Source: an uncultured Porticoccaceae bacterium (GTDB taxonomy: Bacteria > Pseudomonadota > Gammaproteobacteria > Pseudomonadales > GM7GCV1). From it: a stretch of DNA of 64,000 nt. The position numbers and the translations under genes are program-made. How positions within the stretch are numbered: the first letter of the stretch is position 1; each line of letters begins with the position of its first letter. The DNA is taken from NCBI GenBank assembly GCA_964623085.1, contig CAZUTO010000001.1, positions 43-64,042 of the forward strand. The letters run 5' to 3'. The notes below the pieces were generated by a model, which worked only from the letters and a program-made list of their open reading frames with translations, had not been told where the DNA came from and searched no databases. Positions 1-8,615 of the stretch are shown here, piece after piece.

Positions 1-104
1 TGATGGATATGAGCCTGCCGATGACGACACCAGAGACTTCGTCTGAGTTGATGGAATCTCATTCAAAAATGACGATGGACGACGATCATCAGGGCCATCA
101 TTGA
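1..104 (+). CDS. C-terminal fragment of a Met/His-rich protein, probably copper-handling (5' partial)
   Basis: The open frame from the window edge reads ...DMSLPMTTPETSSELMESHSKMTMDDDHQGHH and stops at TGA 102-104. It lies directly upstream of copC-copD. Family not determinable from 33 residues. Confidence 0.3.
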   Translation, partial: MDMSLPMTTPETSSELMESHSKMTMDDDHQGHH

Positions 105-147
105 TAGCGGTCGGTGATAAATCAGTTTTGGTAAAGGAGAAGGCAGA

Positions 148-510
148 ATGAAGAATTTTACTAAGCTCATCGTCATTTTATTATTGAGCTGCCTGGGCTC
201 TCTCGCTCAGGCACATACCTCGTTGCATAGTTCGAAACCGGCAGATCAGCAGTTATTGCAGAATTCACCGGAAGACTTTGCACTGGTGTTTACCGGTAAA
301 ACCCGGTTGGTGGATCTGACACTCTTTGATGAAAACGCCAATCCGATTGACTTTGGTTTCGAACCAAGAATGAGCGAGCGGGTAAGTTTTAAAACGGCTC
401 TTGCTAGCCCTTTATCTCCCGGAGTTTACGTACTCAAATGGACCGTTCTCGGGGAGGATGGTCACCGAATCACAGGAACCATCCTGTTCGGTGTGGATGA
501 TCAGAAGTGA
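148..510 (+). CDS. copC: Copper resistance protein CopC (periplasmic)
   Basis: RBS is aaggag. The signal peptide ends AQA|H, which would leave an N-terminal His on the mature protein. The motif GEDGHRITGTILFGV is typical of the CopC fold. copD follows. Confidence 0.8.
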   Translation: MKNFTKLIVILLLSCLGSLAQAHTSLHSSKPADQQLLQNSPEDFALVFTGKTRLVDLTLFDENANPIDFGFEPRMSERVSFKTALASPLSPGVYVLKWTVLGEDGHRITGTILFGVDDQK

Positions 511-573
511 TTTTTCCCGTCGAGATCATGTGTTTGCGGGCAAGAGTCGCCTCTAAGCGACCAGGAAATTGAT

Positions 574-1467
574 ATGGATATATTTCTCTGGGCACTGATT
601 CTGGCGATTCTCAAATTTGCCAGCTACCTATCAACGAGCATGTTGATCGGCTATGTTTTTGTGACCTCAGGCGGAGGAAAGCTGCTGCTTAAAAGCCAAC
701 CCTGGCCCATACAGGGAATGCCCGCCTATTTTCAAATCGGGTTGGTTATCGGGGTCATTGCGGTCTTGCTGACCCTGCCGGTTCAAGTTATCTACGTGGC
801 GGGTGCTGGCATCGAGGGATTAAAAGAGGCGTTCTGGTGGAAACTCGTCTGGTCTGGCGCGGATGCCGACTCTCTCAAATTACGAGCCCTCGCTTTGGGG
901 CTCATTCTCGTCAGTCAAATGCTCAAGATATTCAAATTGCCAGGTCTCATTTCGAATCTTCTGGCAATCGCGGGAGCGCTGACACTTGTATCCAGTTTTG
1001 GTTTGAGAGGGCATTCGGTGACGCTTGGCATGGTGGGGCAGGGCGCACTGATCCTTCATCTGCTGATACTGACCACCTGGGCCGGATGTTTGTGGCCGCT
1101 GTATCGCGCCTGTGAAGCGCTCGATACTGGAAACCTAAAATCGTTGATGTCGCGCTTTGGTGTTTATGCCCAGATTCCAATCCTTCTGTTGGTGGCCACC
1201 GGGGGTTATCTCGCTATTCGGCTTTTGCAAAGCTGGGCAACGCTCTTTGAAACGCCCTATGGCTTGCTCCTGAGCGCCAAGTTAGTGCTGGTGTGTGCGG
1301 TGCTTATCCTCGCGGCCAAACATCGATTCTGGCTGGTTCCACAGTTAGATAGCGACGTAGCACCTGTCGCTAAATTAGCCAAATCCATTCGATGGGAGAT
1401 GGTGTTGGTAGGTCTGATCTTTCTGGTAACGGCATTTTTTACCACCACAACGGGGCCAGGGCACTGA
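574..1467 (+). CDS. copD: Copper resistance protein CopD (polytopic inner-membrane)
   Basis: 297 aa, about 8 hydrophobic helices, positioned immediately after copC. Confidence 0.7.
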   Translation: MDIFLWALILAILKFASYLSTSMLIGYVFVTSGGGKLLLKSQPWPIQGMPAYFQIGLVIGVIAVLLTLPVQVIYVAGAGIEGLKEAFWWKLVWSGADADSLKLRALALGLILVSQMLKIFKLPGLISNLLAIAGALTLVSSFGLRGHSVTLGMVGQGALILHLLILTTWAGCLWPLYRACEALDTGNLKSLMSRFGVYAQIPILLLVATGGYLAIRLLQSWATLFETPYGLLLSAKLVLVCAVLILAAKHRFWLVPQLDSDVAPVAKLAKSIRWEMVLVGLIFLVTAFFTTTTGPGH

Positions 1468-1491
1468 GGTGTCAAGGTCAAAAATTCAGGC

Positions 1492-1522
1492 TTGACCTGT
1501 GTCATGGACACAGGTGTATAAC
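1492..1522 (+). promoter_or_regulatory. MerR-type promoter/operator: TTGACC - 19-nt spacer - TATAAC with a perfect dyad in the spacer
   Basis: The -35 TTGACC is at 1492-1497 and the -10 TATAAC at 1517-1522, with a 19-nt spacer. The dyad ACCTGTGTC-ATG-GACACAGGT spans 1495-1515. The site is about 120 nt upstream of the MerR-family gene. Confidence 0.7.
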
Positions 1523-1641
1523 CTGCAGCTATACAGGGTTTAAAAGATAGGTGTTTATCTCAGATTCAAAACCGCTTGTTAATTTATATCGGTACTTAGT
1601 AGCTATTTAGACTGACATAAAGGAATGCGGAGGAGCGAGAC

Positions 1642-2052
1642 ATGAAAGTGAGCGAGGTCGCTAAATCTTTGGGCATTACGGCAGACACGGTGCGGTTTTA
1701 TAGCCGCATCAAGATACTAAATCCCATTAAAAATAAAGCTAATGGTTATCGAGAATACAGCGACAAGGATGTCATGCGTTTGCGGTTCGTTTTAAGTGCT
1801 CGGCAGTTGGGATTTTCGGTAGACGATATTCAAGAGATTCTCTCTCATGCAGACAATCAGCAGTCACCCTGTCCGACGGTTCGGCATCTTATTGATCAAC
1901 GTTTACATGAAACTGAAGACCGACTTAAGGAAACATTAAGGCTAAAAGATCGAATGCAGAAGGCCTTGCTGGAGTGGAGCCAGAAGCCGGACAAAGCGCC
2001 TACCGGTCATATGGTTTGCCATTTAATTGAAGAGTTCACTGCGGAGGAATGA
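1642..2052 (+). CDS. MerR-family heavy-metal-responsive transcriptional regulator
   Basis: The N-terminal HTH is MKVSEVAKSLGITADTVRFYSRIKIL and RBS is ggagg. Cys residues occur at SPCP and HMVCH. The stop overlaps the start of the next gene (ATGA). Confidence 0.8.
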   Translation: MKVSEVAKSLGITADTVRFYSRIKILNPIKNKANGYREYSDKDVMRLRFVLSARQLGFSVDDIQEILSHADNQQSPCPTVRHLIDQRLHETEDRLKETLRLKDRMQKALLEWSQKPDKAPTGHMVCHLIEEFTAEE

Positions 2053-2378
2053 GTATGAATATGCACCATGCATCAAACGCTAATCGACAGAAAAGTGGTT
2101 GCTGTTGCTCTGGAAAATCATCAGTTGCCTCTACGGCAACTGATGTCAGCGGTTTTAGAGAATCATCGCAACCCCTGCACCTACTGCAAGTGCAGGGAGC
2201 CACTTGCGGTGGTTGCGTGAAAAGTGTCGAGCAGACGCTGAAATCCCTTTCCGGGGTTAGTGGCGCAACCATGGATTTGGCAACGGGTGTCGCTACCGTT
2301 TTTGGCGCTGTAGACAGTGACCGTTTGATCGGTGCAATAAGCGAAATGGGCTACGGAGCTGAAGTAATTACTGAGTAA
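2049..2378 (+). CDS. Heavy-metal-associated (HMA) domain metallochaperone, CopZ-like, with an N-terminal Cys cluster
   Basis: The motif LQVQGATCGGCVKSVEQTL is a GxTCxxC-type HMA. The N-terminal region contains SGCCCSGKS. Confidence 0.7.
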   Translation: MSMNMHHASNANRQKSGCCCSGKSSVASTATDVSGFRESSQPLHLLQVQGATCGGCVKSVEQTLKSLSGVSGATMDLATGVATVFGAVDSDRLIGAISEMGYGAEVITE

Positions 2379-2412
2379 GTGACTCAAGGCAATTTAACAA
2401 AGGTCAAGACCC

Positions 2413-4944
2413 ATGAACGACAAAGTTCTTCCAGTGAATAAAGACATGCTAATAACCAATGATAGCGACGAAAAAGCCCAGCTTATTGTGCCAGGGATGG
2501 GCAGCAATCACTGTGCTGGTCTTGTAAGAACATCGATAGAAAGATTGCCAGGCATAAAGGACATTCAAACCAATATTGCCAGTCATCAGGTGGATGTGTC
2601 TTTTGAACCATCCCGATCAAGTCTGGAAAAAATACGACTTGCGGTAGAGAACGCGGGTTACGACGTTGCCTTGGCGCAGCTGTTATCGGGTAATGCCATC
2701 AAAAACGTAACACTCACGGTTCCGGGTATGGGAAGTAACCACTGTGCGGGTCTCGTGCGAACATCGCTTGAGCGTTTATCAGGCATTACAGCCATTGAAA
2801 CCAATATTGCCAATCATCAGGTCAGCGTGAGTTTCGATCCTGAACAAACAAATAGCTCGATCTTAAGAGAATCTGTGGAAAAGGCCGGGTATGAGGTGGC
2901 CAGTGTAGAAAGTTCAGCAAGCGATTCGCATAAGGTGGCTGAAGCGGCGGAAGAGCAGTATCTGGATCAAGCCTGGAAAAACCTCTGGTTTGCGGCGATA
3001 CCCACAACCTTGATTATGCTGCTGATGATTCCGGAAATGTTTTGGCAGCCGATCCCTGGTTATCTCGCCATTGTCGCAGTGTTGGGTTTTCCCGTTGTAT
3101 TTTTCAAAGGCGGCCGTTCTACACACAGATCCGCATGGCGTTCCTTAAAAAATCGCACCGCCAATATGGATGTGCTGATTTCCCTGGGCAGTATGCCCCC
3201 GTATCTGATCGGTTTGATCGGCTTTGTCTATCCCATGACCTCCTTTATCGAAATGGCGTCGACCATTATGACCTTCCATATGCTTGGCCGCTATCTCGAA
3301 ACACGGGCGAAAGGTAAGGCGTCACAAGCGATCAAAAAATTGATCAAACTCGGCGCAAAGACGGCGATTGTTTTGCGCAACGACGGCGAAATTGAAGTGC
3401 CAGTTGAAGACTTGCAAATCGGCGATGTCATGGTGATTAAGCCGGGTGGAAAAGTACCTACTGATGGAGAGATTGTTGAGGGTCATAGTCACTTGGATGA
3501 ATCGATTGCGACAGGTGAATCGGTGCCGGTTGAGAAAGGTCCCGGAGATTCCGTACTTGGTGCGACGATCAATAAAGAAGGACTGTTGAAGGTGAAAGCA
3601 ACGAAAATCGGTGCCGACACTTTTTTATCCCAAGTTATTAAATTAGTCGAACAAGCCCAGGGTTCCAAGGTGCCGATACAGGAGTTTGCCGACAGAGTGA
3701 CCGCCACCTTCGTCCCGGCGGTAATTGGTATCGCATTATTGAGCTTTTTGTCCTGGCTGATTTTTACTGACGGCCTGCGTCCGGTGCTGGAATGGGGCGG
3801 TGGCTTTTTGCCCTGGGTTGATCCAGGTTTGACGCCAATCATTGCTGCGATACTAGCAGCAGTTGCAGTTCTGGTTATCGCCTGTCCCTGTGCGTTGGGG
3901 CTGGCAACGCCCACAGCGATTATGGTGGGTTCGGGTATGGGTGCCGAGCGGGGCGTATTGATCCGCTCGGGTGAAGCGATCCAAACTCTAAAGGACATCA
4001 AAGTCGTTGTGTTGGATAAAACCGGCACCATCACCGCAGGAAAGCCCTCCTTGACAGATGTACTTCCGGCACCTGAATTTTCAGCGGAAGAGCTTTTGAT
4101 AGCCACCGCTACAGTCGAAGGAGGATCGGAGCACCCTTTGGCGCAGGCCATTGTGCAGGGTGCTAAAGAGCGAAATCTGACTATTCCCGCGCTGGAGAAT
4201 TTTCAGTCGATTACCGCTCGCGGCGTGGAAGGTGTCGTCAATGGACGATTGGTGCATGTCGGTAGTCGTCGGTTGCTCAATGAACAGGGAGTCGAATTGG
4301 GCAATTTAGATGAGACTCTGAAGTCGTTGGAAGTCCAGGGTAAAACGGCGATGTTAGTGGCCATTGATAAACAAGCGGCTGGTGTGGTCGCCGTCGCAGA
4401 TACGATCAAAGAAGATTCTAAGTCCGCGATAAAAGCTATGCACGATCTGAATATTCATGTAGTGATGGTAACAGGTGATAACGAACGGACGGCTAAATTT
4501 GTTGCTGAACAAGTGGGCATCGATGAAGTCCTGGCTAATGTATTGCCTGAAGGCAAAGTCGACTCGGTTAAACAACTGCAAGCCAACTACGGTAATAGTG
4601 TTGCAATGGTGGGTGACGGCATTAATGATGCACCCGCCTTAAAACAAGCCAATGTGGGTATCGCCATAGGTGCTGGGGCCGATGTGGCCATTGAAGCGGC
4701 TGATGTGACGCTGGTGAAGGGCCAGTTGACCAAGCTTGTAGAGGCCGTTCTTCTCTCCAGAGCCACCTTCAAGAAAATCGTCGAAAACCTTTTTTGGGCT
4801 TGGTTTTATAACCTGGCCGCCATACCTGTCGCCGCATTGGGATTACTACATCCGATGATCGGTGTGATTGCAATGACCGTTAGCTCGCTGTCAGTCATCG
4901 GCAATTCCATTCTTCTGAAGCGAGCCAATATCACAGTTAAATAA
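2413..4944 (+). CDS. copA: Cu(I)/Ag(I)-translocating P1B-type ATPase
   Basis: Motifs seen: TGES, CPC (IACPCALGLATP), DKTGT, SEHPL, GDGINDAP, YN in TM7 and MxxSS in TM8. Two tandem N-terminal HMA-like domains carry the non-canonical motif GMGSNHC. Confidence 0.9.
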   Translation: MNDKVLPVNKDMLITNDSDEKAQLIVPGMGSNHCAGLVRTSIERLPGIKDIQTNIASHQVDVSFEPSRSSLEKIRLAVENAGYDVALAQLLSGNAIKNVTLTVPGMGSNHCAGLVRTSLERLSGITAIETNIANHQVSVSFDPEQTNSSILRESVEKAGYEVASVESSASDSHKVAEAAEEQYLDQAWKNLWFAAIPTTLIMLLMIPEMFWQPIPGYLAIVAVLGFPVVFFKGGRSTHRSAWRSLKNRTANMDVLISLGSMPPYLIGLIGFVYPMTSFIEMASTIMTFHMLGRYLETRAKGKASQAIKKLIKLGAKTAIVLRNDGEIEVPVEDLQIGDVMVIKPGGKVPTDGEIVEGHSHLDESIATGESVPVEKGPGDSVLGATINKEGLLKVKATKIGADTFLSQVIKLVEQAQGSKVPIQEFADRVTATFVPAVIGIALLSFLSWLIFTDGLRPVLEWGGGFLPWVDPGLTPIIAAILAAVAVLVIACPCALGLATPTAIMVGSGMGAERGVLIRSGEAIQTLKDIKVVVLDKTGTITAGKPSLTDVLPAPEFSAEELLIATATVEGGSEHPLAQAIVQGAKERNLTIPALENFQSITARGVEGVVNGRLVHVGSRRLLNEQGVELGNLDETLKSLEVQGKTAMLVAIDKQAAGVVAVADTIKEDSKSAIKAMHDLNIHVVMVTGDNERTAKFVAEQVGIDEVLANVLPEGKVDSVKQLQANYGNSVAMVGDGINDAPALKQANVGIAIGAGADVAIEAADVTLVKGQLTKLVEAVLLSRATFKKIVENLFWAWFYNLAAIPVAALGLLHPMIGVIAMTVSSLSVIGNSILLKRANITVK

Positions 4945-4956
4945 CTGGAGAAAATT

Positions 4957-5247
4957 ATGAGCAAACAATCACGATCATTCTGGTTTACCCCAAATGGGTT
5001 GGCTGCTCTGGGGCTTATCGGTGCGGCGAGCTATTTCCTTTTTGTGGAACATGGAGAGCACTTGTTTCAATTTTTACCTTTCTTGATTTTGTTGTTATGC
5101 CCACTCATGCACATCTTTATGCATGGCGGTCATGGGGGGCACGGCGGACACGGAGGGCACGGTCAGGAGGGCGAATCCGATCAGGATGCCTATCAGCGCG
5201 GGTTAGAAGATGGGCGCAGTGAAAGCCAACATCGACACCACCCTTAA
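4957..5247 (+). CDS. DUF2933-like small membrane protein with a (GH)n tract
   Basis: Two TM helices are followed by PLMHIFMHGGHGGHGGHGGHG. RBS is ctggag. Confidence 0.6.
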   Translation: MSKQSRSFWFTPNGLAALGLIGAASYFLFVEHGEHLFQFLPFLILLLCPLMHIFMHGGHGGHGGHGGHGQEGESDQDAYQRGLEDGRSESQHRHHP

Positions 5248-5273
5248 CGCTACTTTTATGAAGGAGAACAATT

Positions 5274-5930
5274 ATGCATGGTGATTCTGCATACGGCCTT
5301 TGGACGCTGGTTATTCTTAACTCAGCCATTTTTATTTTCTTTGCCTTTAGTTTTATCAAGCCGAAGACAAAAACGGACTGGCGCAGCCTGGGTGCTTTCT
5401 CAGCCTTTATCGTAGCCCTGTTTACCGAGATGTATGGGTTCCCACTGACCATTTATTTTCTGTCGGGATGGTTGGCGGAACGTTACCCCGGCATAGATTT
5501 TCTGGCGCACGATAATGGCCATCTGCTGCACACTCTGTTGGGTCTCGAAGGCAATCCGCACTTCGATCCTCTGCATATTGCCAGCAATGTCATTATTGTC
5601 TTGGGGTTCTTCCTACTATCGTCGGCCTGGGCGGTACTACATCGCGCACAGCGTAACGGAGAACTCGCGCAGACAGGCTGGTATGCGTGTTGCCGCCACC
5701 CCCAGTACCTCGCCTTTATTCTCATCATGTTCGGCTTTTTATTGCAGTGGCCGACTATCCCGACGTTGGTCATGTTTCCAATCCTAGTGATTGTCTATAT
5801 CCGGTTGGCAAAGCGCGAGGAAAAAATGGCACTACAGGAGTTTGGTGACGAATACATTCGTTATCGCGAACGCACCCCGGCCTGGATTCCAAGGCTTGGC
5901 TCAAACCCTCACAGCGAAAACGTCTATTAA
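5274..5930 (+). CDS. Isoprenylcysteine carboxyl methyltransferase (ICMT)-family membrane methyltransferase
   Basis: The protein is polytopic. The motif CRHPQYLAFILIMFGFLLQWPT resembles the ICMT/PEMT family signature. Confidence 0.6.
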   Translation: MHGDSAYGLWTLVILNSAIFIFFAFSFIKPKTKTDWRSLGAFSAFIVALFTEMYGFPLTIYFLSGWLAERYPGIDFLAHDNGHLLHTLLGLEGNPHFDPLHIASNVIIVLGFFLLSSAWAVLHRAQRNGELAQTGWYACCRHPQYLAFILIMFGFLLQWPTIPTLVMFPILVIVYIRLAKREEKMALQEFGDEYIRYRERTPAWIPRLGSNPHSENVY

Positions 5931-5940
5931 GGAGCGCAAC

Positions 5941-6399
5941 ATGACATTGAAAACCTTAGGGGAAATTGTGAGCTGGACGCGTGATTTTCATCAGCATTTA
6001 TCGGAGTGCATGCAGCATTGCCAGAACGAAAATGAGAATGCGAGGGCCCAGATGCTACTGACCTATTTGTCTGCACACGAAGCACGGCTTAGCGAGGTCG
6101 TGTCTGGCTTTGAAAAGCTTGGCCGCAATAAAGCGTTACAAACCTGGACGAGTGAATATTTAGCGTTGCATCCAGTTGTTGCTCAAAAGTCCTGTGACGA
6201 GCCCTACGCAAAGATGCCATCAGACGATATCGTCGATGCCATTCTTGGTAAGCACGAGGAAGTCATTGAACTTTATCGTTTTCTGGAAACGAGAGCGGAT
6301 ACGAATTCGACGCGAAAACTTATGAAGTCTCTGCGTGAACTTGAGGAAAGTGAAGTCAGGGTGATGATGCAAGCTATCAACCGTTTTGCTGACATGTAG
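5941..6399 (+). CDS. Hypothetical protein (152 aa, helical, His/Cys-containing)
   Basis: The tracked ORF starts at 5791, but that start overlaps the previous gene. The ATG at 5941 has RBS aaggag. No recognisable family. Confidence 0.5.
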   Translation: MTLKTLGEIVSWTRDFHQHLSECMQHCQNENENARAQMLLTYLSAHEARLSEVVSGFEKLGRNKALQTWTSEYLALHPVVAQKSCDEPYAKMPSDDIVDAILGKHEEVIELYRFLETRADTNSTRKLMKSLRELEESEVRVMMQAINRFADM

Positions 6400-6443
6400 T
6401 TGGTTTGTTCTAGTATTTTGACTCAAGAATAGGCGGGTACCTT

Positions 6444-7808
6444 ATGCAAAATTATAAAGAAAACAGCTTGTCTTTGCTGGGTGCTATCTCGATGGGTACC
6501 GGTGTCATGATCGGTGCGGGAATTTTTGCGTTGACAGGCCAAATGGCGGAGTTATCCGGTAATTGGTTTCCTTTAGCTTTTTTATCTGCCGCAGTAGTAA
6601 CTGCATTTAGCGCTTATTCCTACGTCAAACTTTCCAACGCTTTTCCGTCCGCAGGCGGCATTGGTATGTACCTCTACAAGGCCTATGGCAGTAGCACCTA
6701 TACCGCTTTTTTTGCGTTGTTGATGTATTTTTCGATGGTGATTAACGAAAGCCTGGTGGCCAGAACCTTCGGCACCTACGCGCTGCGGTTATTTGATATT
6801 GACGAATCAAGTTTCCTGACGCCGCTGTTGGCTGTGTTGCTATTGGTCTTTGCTTTCTTGCTCAATCTGTCTGGTAATAAATCCATAGGCTGGTTCTCGA
6901 CCCTGATGGCGGCTCTGAAGGTATTTGGCATTGCTATATTTGCTCTGGCTGGTCTTTATGTCATGGGAACCCCGGACTCCGGAGGTTTGATGGTGACGGA
7001 AGGGTTTAGTCTGTCGGGTTTTGTCGCGGCCACTGCGTTGGGCATATTGGCCTATAAAGGTTTTACCACCATTACCAACAGCGGCGGCGAGCTCGTTAAT
7101 GCCAATAAAAATGTTGGTCGCGGCATCATGATCTCGATCAGCATCTGCGTATTGCTGTATTTGCTGGTGGCCGTTGCAGTGCAGGGTAACCTTGAGCTGA
7201 GTGAAATCATTGCCGCCAAAAATTACTCCTTGGCGCAGGCAGCAAGGCCTGCACTGGGAGAGCTTGGCATGATACTGACAGTGCTGCTGGCCATTGTGGC
7301 GACCATCTCCGGCGTGCTCGCAAGCATGTTTGCGGTCTCGCGGATGCTGGCCATGCTGACGGATATGAAGTTAGTGCCGCATCGGCATTTTGGTATGCCG
7401 GGAACCATTCAAAATCACACATTGGTCTACACCGTAGTGATTGCCATTTTGTTGACCATCTTTATGGATTTGAGCCGTATTGCGTCAATGGGAGCTATTT
7501 TCTATCTGGTGATGGATATCGCCGTGCACTGGGGCGTACTTCGACACCTGCGCCAAGAGCTCAAGGCCCAAGCCTGGGTGGTCGTTACCGCCATTGTTTT
7601 GGATGTGATTGTGCTTACGGTATTTGTTTTTATAAAAATGCAATCCGATACCTTGGTTATCTGGGTTTCATTTATTTCTATGCTGCTCATCTATTTGGGA
7701 GAGCGGCTATTTTTTCGATTGCATCGCACTGGGCAAGATATTGACGATCGACCTGACCATGCTACTGAACATCACAGCAATCATCACGGAGGTTCTCATG
7801 AAAATTAA
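6444..7808 (+). CDS. APC-superfamily amino acid/polyamine permease with a His-rich C-terminal tail
   Basis: About 12 TM helices, with GAGIFALTGQ in the N-terminal region. The tail reads DHATEHHSNHHGGSHEN. Confidence 0.7.
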   Translation: MQNYKENSLSLLGAISMGTGVMIGAGIFALTGQMAELSGNWFPLAFLSAAVVTAFSAYSYVKLSNAFPSAGGIGMYLYKAYGSSTYTAFFALLMYFSMVINESLVARTFGTYALRLFDIDESSFLTPLLAVLLLVFAFLLNLSGNKSIGWFSTLMAALKVFGIAIFALAGLYVMGTPDSGGLMVTEGFSLSGFVAATALGILAYKGFTTITNSGGELVNANKNVGRGIMISISICVLLYLLVAVAVQGNLELSEIIAAKNYSLAQAARPALGELGMILTVLLAIVATISGVLASMFAVSRMLAMLTDMKLVPHRHFGMPGTIQNHTLVYTVVIAILLTIFMDLSRIASMGAIFYLVMDIAVHWGVLRHLRQELKAQAWVVVTAIVLDVIVLTVFVFIKMQSDTLVIWVSFISMLLIYLGERLFFRLHRTGQDIDDRPDHATEHHSNHHGGSHEN

Positions 7809-8067
7809 TACGACCGCATTCGTTGTTTCAATCACGATCACGACGAGTTTTCTGTGGATTATCTGCAGTCTTTTTGTGGCCTTGTTTCCTGAACTATCTG
7901 CCGCTATCACTGGACAGATGCTGCACATGGATTCCCAGCAGATTCATTTCCGGTTGAATTGGTCAGACTTTTTGCTGGGTCTCTTAATCTGGGTTGTTTC
8001 TGCCGTCGTTGCTGGCTGGTTATTTAGCATTTCCTATAACAGGCTAGGTGTGAATGGAAAAGAGTAG
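7798..8067 (+). CDS. Small membrane protein (DUF5676-like)
   Basis: An internal ATG with RBS ggagg starts MKINTTAFVVSITITTSFLWIICSLFVALFP. It has two to three TM helices. Confidence 0.45.
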   Translation: MKINTTAFVVSITITTSFLWIICSLFVALFPELSAAITGQMLHMDSQQIHFRLNWSDFLLGLLIWVVSAVVAGWLFSISYNRLGVNGKE

Positions 8068-8566
8068 AGTAGGCGACAGTTCTCGTATTTGCCCGGTTTG
8101 CAATATGAACGATGATCTAACTCTTCATAGCGCTTATCGTGGTGTCGACTATTGGTTTTGCTCTACTCAATGTAAAAAACGATTTCAGTCAAGACCCCAC
8201 CTTTATGTGGGAGACCCCTGGCATGGCCAGTCCGTAAAACAAAAAGGTGAGGAGGTTGTTAGGTCTCATCGAATCAACCTGAACATTGTTCCCAGCCCAT
8301 TAGTTTCAGATTTACTAGTTCGAGAGCTCGAAAAGTTGATGGGAGTCAAAACTGCCCGCTTAAAAGGTCAAGCAATTGAGGTTACATATGATCTCATTCA
8401 GATTTCTCTCACCGACATTGAAAATGCAATTGAGATCGCTTACGGTGGACTAAAACCTGGAGTCGTTGAATCACTACGCCGGGGATTAATTCATAGTTCC
8501 GAAGATGGTGAGCTAGATAATCTGGGGCATCTTCCGCCCAAGAATCCATGGAATCCGAGAGGTTGA
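8054..8566 (+). CDS. YHS/TRASH-type metal-binding domain protein with a Cys-less HMA-like fold
   Basis: The N-terminus carries CPVCNMNDDLTLHSAYRGVDYWFCSTQCKKRF. It is followed by a beta-alpha-beta-beta-alpha-beta-like segment. Confidence 0.55.
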   Translation: MEKSRVGDSSRICPVCNMNDDLTLHSAYRGVDYWFCSTQCKKRFQSRPHLYVGDPWHGQSVKQKGEEVVRSHRINLNIVPSPLVSDLLVRELEKLMGVKTARLKGQAIEVTYDLIQISLTDIENAIEIAYGGLKPGVVESLRRGLIHSSEDGELDNLGHLPPKNPWNPRG

Positions 8567-8615
8567 GGTGCTTGACGGTGCCTAATCTTTTATAGCTCAT
8601 TCCGGTGATACTGTT

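Noticed and set aside
3489-4151. 220-aa antisense ORF inside copA, plus many similar antisense or off-frame ORFs inside copA, czcA, traD, the ATPase gene, dxs, shc and hpnN
   Set aside because: They lie wholly within strongly supported genes on the other strand or frame. Their composition is Ala/Ser/Pro/Arg-biased, as is typical of shadow ORFs, and they lack RBS sequences.
5791-5940. Long 5' extension of the 202-aa tracked ORF. The same issue applies to the tracked starts 30564, 35158, 27481, 29014, 36273, 40259, 15193 and 7741.
   Set aside because: The extensions overlap the preceding gene by 15-140 nt (12 nt at 7741). Internal ATGs with good RBS sequences, ATGA/TAATG coupling or signal peptides give better gene models.
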